A DNA stretch of 64,000 bases from Catajapyx aquilonaris. Taxonomy: Eukaryota. Position 1 is the stretch's first letter. The number at the start of each line of letters is the position of its first letter. The DNA is taken from the NCBI GenBank assembly GCA_000934665.2, contig KZ538295.1, positions 62,001-126,000 of the forward strand, given 5' to 3'. The position numbers and the translations under genes are program-made. Below the pieces are notes generated by a model. It was not told where the DNA came from. It saw nothing but the letters and a program-made list of their open reading frames with translations, and did not search any database. Of the stretch, positions 51,601 through 64,000 are shown in pieces.

Positions 51601-52828
51601 AACGAGCTAGGCCCCCCACGTGACTCGGAGTAGATGGCATTATGTGGCCCTAATGGGAGCCTAAGTAGCTTTCCTTGTCGGTTCCTTGATGACATCTTAG
51701 CCTATTTCACAATACGCTATTGTTGAAGGGTTGAGAGGGGGTTCATGGTTGGCCGAGTGCTGCTCCAGAATCATCTGCATTCATTTTCCACCAGACGGTC
51801 TCTGAAGGGGGGATGGAGAGAAAAAAGTTTTTTTTAGTGGAAAAAAAAATCAGTAGCGTAACAGTCATCTCTCTTAATAATCAAAAAAATCTGCTAATGG
51901 GTGCGCTTAAGGGTATTGCATAAAACCGCGGTTTGCTTTTTGTCCCATCCCTAGTCCCTGCTGTTGACAAGCAGGCTTTTCCAACACACACACTGACAGT
52001 CACACACACACACACACAAAAAACGATGGAGTAATGATGTTTTTCCATATGCAATAAAGCGGGGGACCCAAACCTATTAAGATACCGAACATGAAAGCCG
52101 AAAAACGCAAACACTTCGTGACCGTAGTAATATTTGTTTCCAGGAGACTATTTCGGGGGGGTGCTTCATGAAATATTACCACGCTCCTTCTTGGGACGCT
52201 TGTATCGACCCGATGTATTACAGTAGCCGGATTTTGTTTCCACTTGGGCAAATGGAATAGGACTACCTGTCATTTACTCAAGAGGATTCTAACCCTCCCC
52301 TATTTTCCCAGCCAGGTTTTTCCCTATAATGTGCTCTGGTATATAAGGGAGGGGGGGGCCCAAAAGCTCGATAAAATGATGAGGCATGCAATATTGCCAT
52401 CCATCTGTCTTCACAAACCAGGCGTTTGTCTGACGCCTAAATGGACTAGCAAAGCAACATTAAAAAAATTTCTAAAGCCGAGAGAGAGCATGTGTGCAAT
52501 TTGCATGAGTGATAGAATCAGACTTTGCGTGACCGGGGAGGGACTGAACAAGTTTGTAGACACACAATTTATATATGCATTGTTGCAAAGCGATTTCAAT
52601 AAGCATGACTTTTTCAAAGCTTGCGAGTCAAATTGGGCGCGAGTTAATTTAGCGTGCCGTCGCGAAATTTGTCTAGGATGTTTTCAGGTCTGGACAGGTA
52701 ATTGTTTGCCCTTTGGGTTGTTAACTTTATTTTTAGAGCTCGAGTGATGATATTTTGACGAATTGGCGGATCATTTTATTCCCTGCTTCTAACCGCTATT
52801 TTTTTTGGGGGGGGGGGGGTACTAAATA

Positions 52829-53346
52829 CAGTTGAATTCGGATATAACATACTTCAAGGGACCGCGGAAAAAGTCTGTTATAACCGAGGTATGTTGCAGC
52901 CAAATCGTCACTTTTGCAATGAATACGCAAAGGGTGGAATTTTCGTCCCACTGTTAGTTACTGCTAACTTAGCAGTACCAGTGTTGGAAGTGGTAGTGCT
53001 AAGTTAGCAGTAACTATAGCAGTGGGACGAAAATTCCACCCCAAAGTTGCCTTTAATGCACACTACTAATGAAATCCATAAAAAATGCAATATCAGCTCA
53101 CATTATGCAGGACTTTCAAAATCCGAAATTTTCTTCTCCAGTCTTTTTTTTTTTTGCAAATTTTATACAAGAGAAAGCATATTTTCCCGTCAAATGGCCA
53201 AAAACAATGTCTGTTATACTCGATGTAAAGTGAAAATTATGTTATATCAGGAGTAAAAATATACAGGGCCTTATGGAAGTATGCCTTTCGAGTATCTTAT
53301 AACCGAAAGCCTGCCATAGCCGAGGCTGTTATATCCGTATTCAACT
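52829..53346. mobile_element. pogo/Tigger-like MITE, copy 1
   Basis: TA|CAGTTGAATTCGGATATAACA ... TGTTATATCCGTATTCAACTA; homologous to 54648-55129. Confidence 0.8.
52932..53041. mobile_element. 110 bp palindromic MITE nested in the pogo-like element
   Basis: GGGTGGAATTTTCGTCCCACTG...CAGTGGGACGAAAATTCCACCC flanked by CAAA on both sides. Confidence 0.8.
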
Positions 53347-53838
53347 ATATTATAATTATAGGGAATTTTTATCGCAATATTTTTTTGCGGATGTCAAGAT
53401 TTTTCTATTAAAGCGTGCATTTTTAGGCCTATCATCATACATAATATATAACCGAGAGTTTCTGTTTGTGTGTCCGGACTACCTATCCCACTTTCGGACT
53501 ACTGAGAGTGTTACATGTAAATAATAAACAATCCAGCAATTTTGTCTATTCCGTTCATCAATAACGAAAGGGTTACAACAATCTAAAAAAATTGCATTCA
53601 GTATTGCACCTGAATCAATCTGATCCTCCCTAAAATGGACACTTAATATGGTCTCGAAGAAAAGAGAGAGAGAGAGAGAGAGAAAAACCTATCTCCTCCC
53701 ACCCAGTCTAGAAAAACCTCTAGACTTTCTTACTCTATTTGCCTCGCACGTGGGGTGAAGCAAATTAGAATGGAGATGGGGCTGCATCAAGCCAGGACCG
53801 CAGAAGGGGTCTCCCTTATTTCCTTTTGCACCCCCCCC

Positions 53839-53979
53839 NNNNNNNNNNNNNNNNNNNNNNNNNNNNNNNNNNNNNNNNNNNNNNNNNNNNNNNNNNNNNN
53901 NNNNNNNNNNNNNNNNNNNNNNNNNNNNNNNNNNNNNNNNNNNNNNNNNNNNNNNNNNNNNNNNNNNNNNNNNNNNNNN
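53839..53979. other. Assembly gap
   Basis: Run of N flanked by C homopolymers. Confidence 0.99.
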
Positions 53980-54647
53980 CCCCTTGAAAGTCTTCCACCA
54001 CCTTTCTTCTTCTTCTTCTTCTTCTTCTTTCCTTCTTTTTTTTTATTTTATTTTACGAGAGCGGCAACGCCAACGCTATCGGGCGCCCGACTTCCATTCC
54101 GAGGAAATTGCTTACCCGCTAGACAATCGCAACGCGCGCGATAAGATCGCATTATGATGTATCCTGCTCGGATTATTATTGGAAAAGCCATTCAATTATT
54201 GGGAAGCGCGGCCAAACACACTCGGCCCCGGAGCCGGCTTCGATTAGAGACGGTCGTTCCTCCGCAGTATTATGAGGGGGAAAAGGGGAGGGTGGAGGAG
54301 GAGGAGAATGGCGAAGGGGAGGAGAAAAAGGGGAAGGAAAAGACGGCCACTTCGATCTCATATCGGTAGCCAGCTCGTGGTGCTGCCAATATTATGCAAC
54401 AATGCATCGTGTTGTCACGGATTGGGTAGGTGACTTACATAGGACGCAGCATATGAAACATAAGTACATTTTATAGGTCAGGGCTATAGGCTATCTGAAT
54501 TTGTGTATTATTCAGAAAGGTGAGATGATATCACTAGACAATTACCATAATTTATTCATGTACAGAGGCACGAACCATGAGAATAATTGCACATGACCTG
54601 TGTACTACCATTACCAAGTTTGACCAGATTTTTGTAGGGACAGAATA

Positions 54648-55129
54648 CAGCTGACTCCGGATATAACATACTTAAAGGGACCGCAGAAGAAAGTCTATTG
54701 TACACTTTTGCAGCAAATTTTCTGCTTTCCATATGCTTATAATGCACTCTACTGCATTTATCAATGTAACTATTCACAAAAATGCAAAAAATTAGCCCAC
54801 CAGCGTATGACCCCACAAAAATTGTTGCCAAATATACCAGAAAAAGTATGATTTTGAGTAGCATAAATCAGTGACAGATGCGCCTATTTATGCGCGTGGG
54901 AATGCAAATTGAATAAATCAAAGACAGCCTATTGCCCCTTCAAGGGCCAACAAAAAAATGTATTTTTACTCTTGATATAACAGACTTCGCCTGTGCTATA
55001 TTATAGCAGAGGTGAAGTCTGTTATATCACGAGTAAAAATACACAGGGCCTTATACGGAAGTATGGCGTGACCAGTTATAACCGAAAGTCCATTATAACC
55101 GAGGCTGTTATATCCGTCGGAGTCAACTG
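54648..55129. mobile_element. pogo/Tigger-like MITE, copy 2
   Basis: TA|CAGCTGACTCCGGATATAACATACTTAAAGGGACCGC ... GCTGTTATATCCGTCGGAGTCAACTG|TA. Confidence 0.8.
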
Positions 55130-58100
55130 TATAAGGTGTTCCAACTGTCCCTTTGTTACTGAGTCCTGGGAAAGTTTACACTGAGTCACGTGAGAGGAAT
55201 GACTGCCCACAGGCCGAAAAAAGAGAGGGGGGGTTGGTCCTCTCCTTTTGTTTCATAGACCATTATCATAATCGAGTTACATTCACAAATGGACCGCGGC
55301 AGGGATGAAAAGAGGGTTTTAGGAGAAGGGGTAAAGGGATGAGGTTACTTTAGGTCCTCCAGCTCGATCCTATACGACAGCTTATGGAGCAGATGATGTG
55401 ATGAATCACCCAGTATGTACCGAGTGATTCCATGCCCCGTGTGACGCCACCAAGCAAAATACACTCGCAACAAACAGTCCTATATCTTAAAATAGCAGTG
55501 TTACGAACTATTGTTTGTTACCAACACTGTGATGACATAAATAAGGTCAATTTGTGTCTGTGAATTAGTAATGTTGCTGAGATTTTGACCTTTCCTTATC
55601 ATTCCTACCGATTTCAACTCTGAACGACCAGATGGCTGTGTGTGAACCCATCATTAGAATCGACAAGGGTTGTTTCGGGTTTGGCAATTCCTATAGAAAA
55701 TTCGAGGGTTTGGCAATGCATCCTCTTCTCTCTCTCGATGGAACCGACCGATAAGGGGAAGGAAGAAATCAGACTTTTGGTTAAAATGGGGAATCGGTGT
55801 ATGAGGCCCAGTCGATGCAATTCCACGCCGCGACTCCACATCCATTTCCCTTTGATGCTTTTTACCGAGCGGGGAGAAAATGAGAATCTTAATGATTTGA
55901 TTGTAAAAGGAATGTAGCCCTGGCGACGTTTTCTCCCGGCACCAAAAAAAAGAGAGAGAAAGGGGGGATGGAAATTAAGTCCAGAAAAAAAGTTCCGCAA
56001 TTCCAAAAGGATCACAGAGTAAGAAATTAATTTTTTGCACGCAAGTTTTTCAAGACGGTCGTAACAGCAGTTTTAAAATAATATATATTTCATCGCCTCC
56101 TCAGGTTCAATTTAAATGCACAAGTTGGACTCACCAAGCAGAATAGCATTTTGCATTATTAAGTTGGCCATTACATCCGATCTCCGGTATACACATATGT
56201 GCACATCATGAATTTTCCTTTGGTCGATGCTGCAAGTTGTCAGGAAAGAAAAAGCGGCAATTTATATTCAGCAAGTTATCGAAACAGCAGTCCTTTTTTG
56301 TTTTATCATGGCGTGCACCATCAAACCGACCTGTTTACATAGAGCTTTTTCGCTAACAGATGTTTCTAAGGCCGTTTTTTTTTTTTCAAAAAAAAGGTTG
56401 GAAGTCTGTCAGGATTTTAGGCCATAGCAAAGTGTTCTAAACAGAGAAGAGCCCCATTCCTGGCACCAAAGTTTCCTTAATTCATTAACCGTCGGAGCCC
56501 CCCCCCCCCCCNTGCATTCTAATACTCGAAAATAGGGCTTCCCATTACGGAGTGGTTAATCCCTTGCCACGAGATCGCCAAGCCCGTTTGCATGGCGAGG
56601 AAAGAAGGGAAGGCAAGGCGCCCGCTTCGGGGACTAAAGCCGCTCTTCTCATTAAGATGAGAGGACCCAATCATTTTCTTGGGAGGGGGGGGGGGGAGGA
56701 TAACAGGAAATGGGAGGAAGGCATAAGATGAGAAGTTCAGAGAAGATCGATTATCCTGATTGTTAGGCAACAACGTTATCAGCTACCGTGTGTGTGGACA
56801 TGCCCGATACGATCTTCCTACCTATTATTATTATAGTTTTTTTTCCACAGTTACGAATCGCTCTATTGAACCACCATCAGCGAGTTTTTCCCATTACAAG
56901 TTGTCAATACGATACTGTGTCCACTTTCTGGGCGGGATGGACCTCAACTGAGAAGCAATTTCCTCTACCTCTCCGGACCACCATTCTGAAGCTGGGATGG
57001 GTCCAGGTTGTGCTGGGGACGGATCAAAGGTTAGGGCGGGTTTGGGTGAAAAAAAGTTTGAGGTTTTTTTTGTTAAAATTTCTGGGAGATAATCAGCCTG
57101 TTGGAAACAGCACCTTCGCTGTAATGCTGACACGCAACACTTCATTCATGATTTCTAAAGTGTTTTATTGTCTGTTGGATTGGAAAAAGGTAGCAGTCAG
57201 AAGACGTGTGTTTTTCTACAAGGTTTAGTGAAATGTTTGGTAATTTATTAAGCATGGTTTCCAAGGGAGGGAACGTTACCAAGAGAGAATAGTTGGCATC
57301 TGCGAACCTTTTCTTTTTCTCAAGTAGAGTCAATGTTCCCTGCTTCGGGATCCAGGGGGTGTTTTATCCTGTTTTTTTCTCCTGCCTAATTGGCCGTTTG
57401 TCGCCCGGAAAATAGGGATGGTCCGACTCCAGAGTTATTCTAAGGGTCGATCCTGTTCCTTTGCCTTGAAAACTCCAGGAGAAGAAAACTGTCGGTGTTA
57501 AGTATTTAGCGGGGCGACTCCGCTTCTAAAAAGTTGAGTCCATTTTGAATACAAAATTCAATGGATGGAAAGCGATGCGTCCATTCCTGTGCTGCACTTA
57601 GGTTGCAACTAGATTTCTGTACCTGTTCCTGTGTGTAGTAACCGTATTTTTCACAACCCCTGAGAAATTTCTTTCGGGGGTTTTTTTTGGAGGGGGGGGG
57701 GGAAGTTGCCCCAGCAAGCGAAATGGGTGGCAAAGTGCACCGTAACCCCTTTTCCATCTTTGAGAAAATCTCTCCGCGTTTCCAATCTAAACATGTCCTC
57801 TATGGATGAAAAATAAATGGCGTTCCGCCTAGTTACGCATTTGTCTGCTTTCAAAGTCGCTTGAAACTCGTTACAGTTTAATCCATTTACTGCCTCCAGT
57901 CAAGTCATTGAGAAAGTGCGTCTCTTTCCCCTTTTAGAGAGCACGAGGGGAAGACTAGAATGGCAATTCGAGAGGCGTACAGTCGATGCCAAACGGCCTT
58001 GCCAACCAGGGGTAATAACGGTCTCAGGCGGGGGGGAAAAGGTGTACCGGTACTTTTAGAGAGTGTATTACATCGCAATAACATGGCGTTTTAATTATAT

Positions 58101-58880
58101 GCGTGATATATGACAGGGAGAAATCAAATATATTTTGTGAGATGCTAGGTTCAGTTTAATCAAAGAAACAGTATTGGCGAAATGTAGCAAAACTGAAGTG
58201 TTTTGCAGACTTCTCAAAGATTTTGTCGGAGCAACAAACAGCGTAAACAACACGCCATTTAGCTTAGTCTGCAATGAAATGTTAAGTAACATAGGTCAAG
58301 CACATTACACACATTAAGAGGAGACTATTGAGGCGTTGACATGGGAAAGGGCATAAGTCACAAAAATATTTTTTGACAGGGGCTAGGGGAAAAAAGCGGT
58401 TTTGAGAACACCCTGAATCAGATTTTATTACACGAAAGCTTTCATATAGTTGGATTTTGTTACCTAAAGTCATGAAAAGTTTAATCAAAGCAGTTTGTGT
58501 TTAGCATTTAAATGTAGGCTACTCTTTTATTATTTTTGAGGCACATTTTTCATGCCCTTTCTTATGTAAACGCCTCAATTAATACAAACAGTTTTACGTC
58601 GGAACGTCAAAGTTACTTTCGGCGTAACTGAATTTATGCACCGACAACAAAGTGAATTTAATGTTTGATTACATAGTTGCTATTGTCGGTGACCTTGCCG
58701 TATAATCATAAGTCAGCTGGAGAACATGATGATAGTTCGATATGTAGCGGTCAGAAAAAAATAGCATTTTTCATGTCATCGCAACCGATTCAATTTTAAT
58801 ACAACAATTCAATAAAAATCGCGAATTTGTGCCACATGTTGTGAATTCTCAGGCTGAGTTGTGCACACATTCACAATGTA

Positions 58881-58965
58881 CAGGGTGACTCTAAAGTCTG
58901 GACACATAGGTTGGTTGCCAGTTGTCAATCAACAATATATGTGTCCAGACTTTAGAGTCACCCTG
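58881..58965. mobile_element. 85 bp Tc1/mariner-type mini-MITE with perfect ~28 bp TIRs
   Basis: TA|CAGGGTGACTCTAAAGTCTGGACACATA...TATGTGTCCAGACTTTAGAGTCACCCTG|TA. Confidence 0.9.
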
Positions 58966-61900
58966 TATAATCAGAGAATTTATTTTAATTCAACCATACA
59001 GCAATTTCGTCCTCAAATCACTGCTCATTTGCGTGCATATATTTTCCACCCTCACCCTGTACATCCGAAAATTCGTCCCTCGAGAACATGTTGAACTATC
59101 CCAACTCATGCGTGACCGTTAATTTGTCTACTGACGGCCACAATCGTGCGATACGAACCACCTGCCCCTCTTGTCTACAGGTACGAGTCTCCCCTCCCCC
59201 TTCCTATAGTTACGACCCCTGGTCATAATTTCGACTCCCCCCTTAAAAAAGAGAGAGAAAAAGGTGTGGGGGAGAATGGGCTGGTCGAATGCTTTATGCA
59301 GTACACGCAAAGACAGATGCATTGTCAGAGGTTGGGAGGCGTGTGCCCGAGATTTCCCCCCGGAAACAGTTTCCGGGAATGGTAGAGGGTGGTATAGTAG
59401 GGGTGGTGGGGTGACTTTCTTAGGACTAATAGGCGCTCTGGTCGATTCCCGGGGAATGAGGGTCCCGGGCCCCGAGCCCCGCTTATCGATGCCCAATGAT
59501 CAAGGATCCAATTCCGAGTTTGGTCGGAGGCCGACATTCCTTCGGGATTTTATCGACGAAAAGCACTTTCAGCCGGATTGTAAACGCGCAGTAACTAGTC
59601 GTATGCCGATGAACAGTGGTCCCCGCCTCGCGCCAATGCACTTAGAATTCAACTTTTCGAACCCCACCCCCCACCCCCTCTCCCTCCCTGGTTCCATTTC
59701 AAGCCCAGGGTTTGGGGCCCAGATAGGGAAAGGGAGGGGGGAATGGGAAGAGATGTGTGGCTTTAGGTCCAGCCAGAAGCAGGAGAAAACCCTACTTCTG
59801 GCAGGAAATTTTCTCCCCGCCTCATCTGCCCACTGGCACAGGTGACCGGAATTTTAAAATACCGGACACAGGTCTGGATATTGCAATGGATCGGTTGTCT
59901 GGTCTGGCATAGACGTGTAACATTGGTTATGTCTCACTATTCCACAGGTATACAGCGTCTTATATGTAGGACACTTGGACAGTTAGATTTAGTTTAGCAA
60001 TTACTAGAAAAATACTCGATTTTTTTTCTAGGCCTATGGCTCGGACCAAGCTCGTTATGTTCTTCATTTGCTCAGAAAATTTAGTTAAAAAAATCATTAA
60101 TAGGGCCTACACTAGTATGACTATACAAAAAAAATGTTACGTCTAATTTACTGTAAAAGTAACGAGCCTAAGAGTACAGTGGACAAGCCCCAGGCTGAAA
60201 GGAAGTCTTCATGTAAATTTCTTGGAAAAGTACACAAAAGTTTGCTGCGGTCAAGCCCCGGCCGAGGAAACATCATTTGCTATGCTCAATAGTTTGCTCA
60301 GACTCCCTCCCAAGTTACTGACCATTAATTGTGAACCGGTCAGGTTAACTAATTGTGCACTGTGTACCCTGCGAGGAAAATTAACAGCAACTCGCCCTCA
60401 TTAGGTGAAAGGACTTTGGTCCTCCTCCTACAAGTGACGTCCCAAACTATAGTTGCTGAAGAAAATGGGTCTGGACAGTTTGCTATTTACTAGGCGAGGA
60501 ATGTGCAACAACTATTTTTATTTTTTTTGAGTGCGACTTTACAGGATTAATTAACCAAACAGTCAGGCGGATGGATACAACGAGGCGGAGGCATGTGGAG
60601 CAGTAATTAATGCATACAGTTGGATGCTAAGAGCTGTACATCCGCAGCGTGCGAAGGGAATTGTTTTTACGTAATTAGCTTGATTTGTTTTGCATACCGC
60701 ACACACACACATACGCAAAAAAAAATCGGGAGCGGAATGTCAAAATATGAAACAGCGGCGCCACAAGTGTCTGCTGCTTTTAGTTGCTAAATTAATCAGA
60801 TTAATTAATTTTTATACTAATAGGCTTATTCTCTCAGTCGGATGTTATAGTCCGGCCTGGCAAGGTGGCAGGAGTGTGCAGATAGGATCTCCGCGCCATC
60901 TATACGGGAAGAATATTACTACGTGGTAAATCGGCGGGCTTTCTCATTATTGCTGATTTTGCCAAATTTGAAAAAAATACACGTAATTTTGCAGGCACAC
61001 CCTGTACATAATCCTAGTGATCGATAATATACACAGCATTAGCACAAAACCGGCTCATTAAGTAGATGCGCGATAAATCTCTCCGAGTAGATTACCGATA
61101 TTTGAAGTAGGCCTTATTAATCGACAGTGTAAGAATTAGTTGGGCAGATAGATTCCGAGAGGAGGGGTTGGAAGTAAGGGAAGGGGGGGAGGGCTTGTAA
61201 GCCAGGTCATTAGGCCGAGTATCCGGGGGGCCTAAACTTGCAAGGAGCAAAGTAAGCCTCTTTAATTATGGGGTTTTGGGAAGCCGGGCATGGGAAAGTA
61301 AGGGATTGGCCGAGGTGCATCGGACCGTGTTAGGCAATGCCTTTGCTTCTACTAGGGAAGAGAGGATTCCAAGCCCGTATTCATTTACCACCACCACTCT
61401 CTAGGAATCTTCTCTCGTCGCTTCGCTTTTCCTTCTCCCGGGTTCCCTCCCACTCCTTCCCTTTCCCCCCCTCCCTCCCCCTCTTTCATGCAGCATGATC
61501 TATTACCTCATTTTCCCGGCTATTGAGTGCCGTAATGAAGGTGGGGCCAGTTTTATGGAGGACCGGCGAGGAGAGCCTTCCAAGCCTTCAAAGGGCACAA
61601 TTAAGTTTGCGAGCATTATTATACAACTATTTTCTTGCTATTCAGACCAGGTGATGAAATTCGGGGACTTCAAAGGGCCTAATCGTCGAGCCCTGACAGC
61701 GACGGGGAGCCCCCCAGGGGAGGGAGAGGGAAAATGGGGGAGTTGGGATGGTGACAAGAGTAGGAGGGGTGAGATTTGCAATTCGCACGGAGCAGCATCG
61801 TGTGGTGGAGGTTTTACGCTACATACCTAGTTTTTTCCCCCCTGGCCGTACAGTGGTGCCTGGAAGGTAACTGAGAGAGAAGAAATGCAGTGGAGTAATT

Positions 61901-64000
61901 GGATAGGTGGGCGATGCCGTGGAGCGGACTTGGCCGGATGGCCGAGGAAAGATCCTTGTCGCCATTTAGCTGATTGTTGCAGGCCTTTCCACCACTCTCT
62001 CGTTGCCTCGTCGCCCACCACTTTGCCCAATGAACTTACCTTTCTTGGGATAGCACGATTTTTTGGGGGGGTGTGTAGGCAATGTGTATTTGTCAACTGG
62101 GTTGCCTGGTTTCTAGGATATGTAGTGACGCAGGTTGGGGAGGGGAGTCTGACAGGGCAAATCTAATTATTTCACGATCCGACTCCCACTTGAGCTGGGC
62201 CTAAGCCCCACTTGTCGCGGAATAGCTGCGGGGCCCTCCGGTTTTCCTGTCAGGGGACGCGAGCAACTTTCCAGAAGCATCTGCTGATGGGAAAGGAGAA
62301 ATCCAGGACTTGGGTGTCACTCAAGGACACATTTAGCAAGTCGGGGGGGTTTGCACAAAAAAAAAAAAGAAGTTTTACAACAGAGCAATCTGTCGTGCTT
62401 GGTGCCAGCCCAACTGTTACAGTGTTTGCTAACTTTGCCAGAAACACTTTGCAGGGCGGCCATTTTGGGAGTCTCTCGGGAGCAGCCTGGACGCACGGGA
62501 ATGCACGGAAACGCACGAAACTTTATAAAAATGGAGGTCTACTTATAGGATAAGTGATGAAGTAAACTAAAACAAGGTCGATTACTAGGTTGTAAATTGA
62601 GGATGTGGCCAATGGACAGTGCCCTTTGTTCAATAAGTTCCAGCCACCACGTGGTGCCACGTGTGGGTTACATGAATTGCTTAGATGGCCAGTTGAAGGG
62701 GGTTATAAATCGACACCTGAATCTTTCATCATTTGGCCCTAGGGGTCCCTTTTCCTTGATTCCCAAGCTCACGGTTTTCGGGGGGGCATCGTCGTTAAGA
62801 ACCCCCCCCTCTCTCTGTTTTAATAGTTTCGAGGGAGAAGAAAACTGCGCAAAATTAATTTCCATGGCAGGACCAGGCGGCTTGCCACTCTTTCATGACA
62901 CTTTAATTTTGGGGAAACTCGGGGCTAGGCCTTTTAGGGAAATTGAACCCTCCGATTTGGAAAACAGCGGACGAAAACAAGAGGACCATTTCCTTGATTG
63001 CATTTTCTTTAATTTAGATAATGGTCAGTAAATGACAACCTACTCTCTCCCTCCCACTTTTTTTTTCGGATGGGAGGGATGCTTGTACAGGAGCTAAGCT
63101 GAGAGAGGTGGAAAAAAGGAAGTGGGAATGCGGTGAAAAAGTAGTCTCAAAGGTGCGGTTTTTGGATGTATGCCTTAACAGGTGATGAACAAGCCACTTT
63201 TGTGCAACTTCTGTACGTTAAAAAAAGTAGAGCTTTTCGCAAATTAGGGCACTAAAACTGACATTACAAAAGGGATTATCGATCGTTTTATTGCAATTGA
63301 AAATAGGACAGTCTTGATCTTGGAGTGGGTGCCACATTAAAACTGTCGTGAATTTGGCAAAGGATGGCGCCAGCGGTAGAACCAGGGTTACAACAGGCAT
63401 AAAAATCTGTCGGGTCTCCTGTTTTTTCATTGGATATAGGAGCACAAAAAAAACAGCGAAGAAGTGCAGTCTTCTTGATTGGAACCGAGGATCCTCCGTG
63501 GTTATGACGATCGTAATAAATTGTTTCAGTTGTTACTGTTGTGTGTGGCAGGGTTTTGTCGCTGACACGTTGGTTCTTTTTTTTGTTTTAGGCTTCACAG
63601 CATGACTATGGACATGAAGCCGGAGCCTCAGAAAGTTGGGGCTGCTTCGTCACAGGACTGTGCAGGATGTGGGAAAAGAATCATGGACAGGTAAGCAGTG
63701 ACTGACTTATCTTGAACAGGTAATCCATAACCAGTGATTACAAAAAGGTGGAGAAGAAACGCAACAATTATCACGATATTTTTCAAGCAGTCTTGCTCAC
63801 TATGTCAAAACTGTGAGAGACAGTATCGCTTTGTGTGTAAAGAATCACGAACCTTTGCTCAATCACAGAAAAAAAACATAACGTGCGATGAGAAGTCAGG
63901 GATTAGATTGACGGTAGTGATGCGCCCATTAGATAAATATGCCAACTTCACTCTTTTTCCTGCCGGGTTTTGCGGTATTTTTTAGCTAACAGGACGCATT

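Noticed and set aside
59128..63031. Several 110-190 aa ORFs in the distal region
   Set aside because: Low-complexity G/C-driven open frames on both strands with no domains or consistent exon structure.

Overview
Eukaryotic (arthropod-like) genomic DNA with short (~55-80 bp) GT-AG introns; all gene models below were spliced by hand. The first ~43 kb is gene-dense: a TATA/Inr-driven small secreted Cys-rich peptide, CFAP157-like, tRNA-Arg(ACG), a transposon-rich block (paired TA-flanked MITEs, a ~0.5 kb foldback, a Helitron/Helentron remnant), a catalytically dead trypsin-fold protein, a galectin-like protein with a degenerate sugar-binding site and a long Pro/Gly/Tyr then Lys/His/Ser tail, two tandem PPxY plus Cys-tail microprotein genes (one with two candidate last exons), ECHS1, XRCC1, lin-9, Nup50 and a PHF21/BHC80-like PHD gene. 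The last ~21 kb has no recognisable CDS: G/C homopolymer-rich non-coding DNA with MITEs, a candidate orphan exon and an assembly gap. The most unusual elements are the divergent galectin-like/Cys-tail gene cluster, the pseudo-protease and the orphan peptide, all fragmented or missed in the ORF track. No database search was possible, so novelty is unverified.
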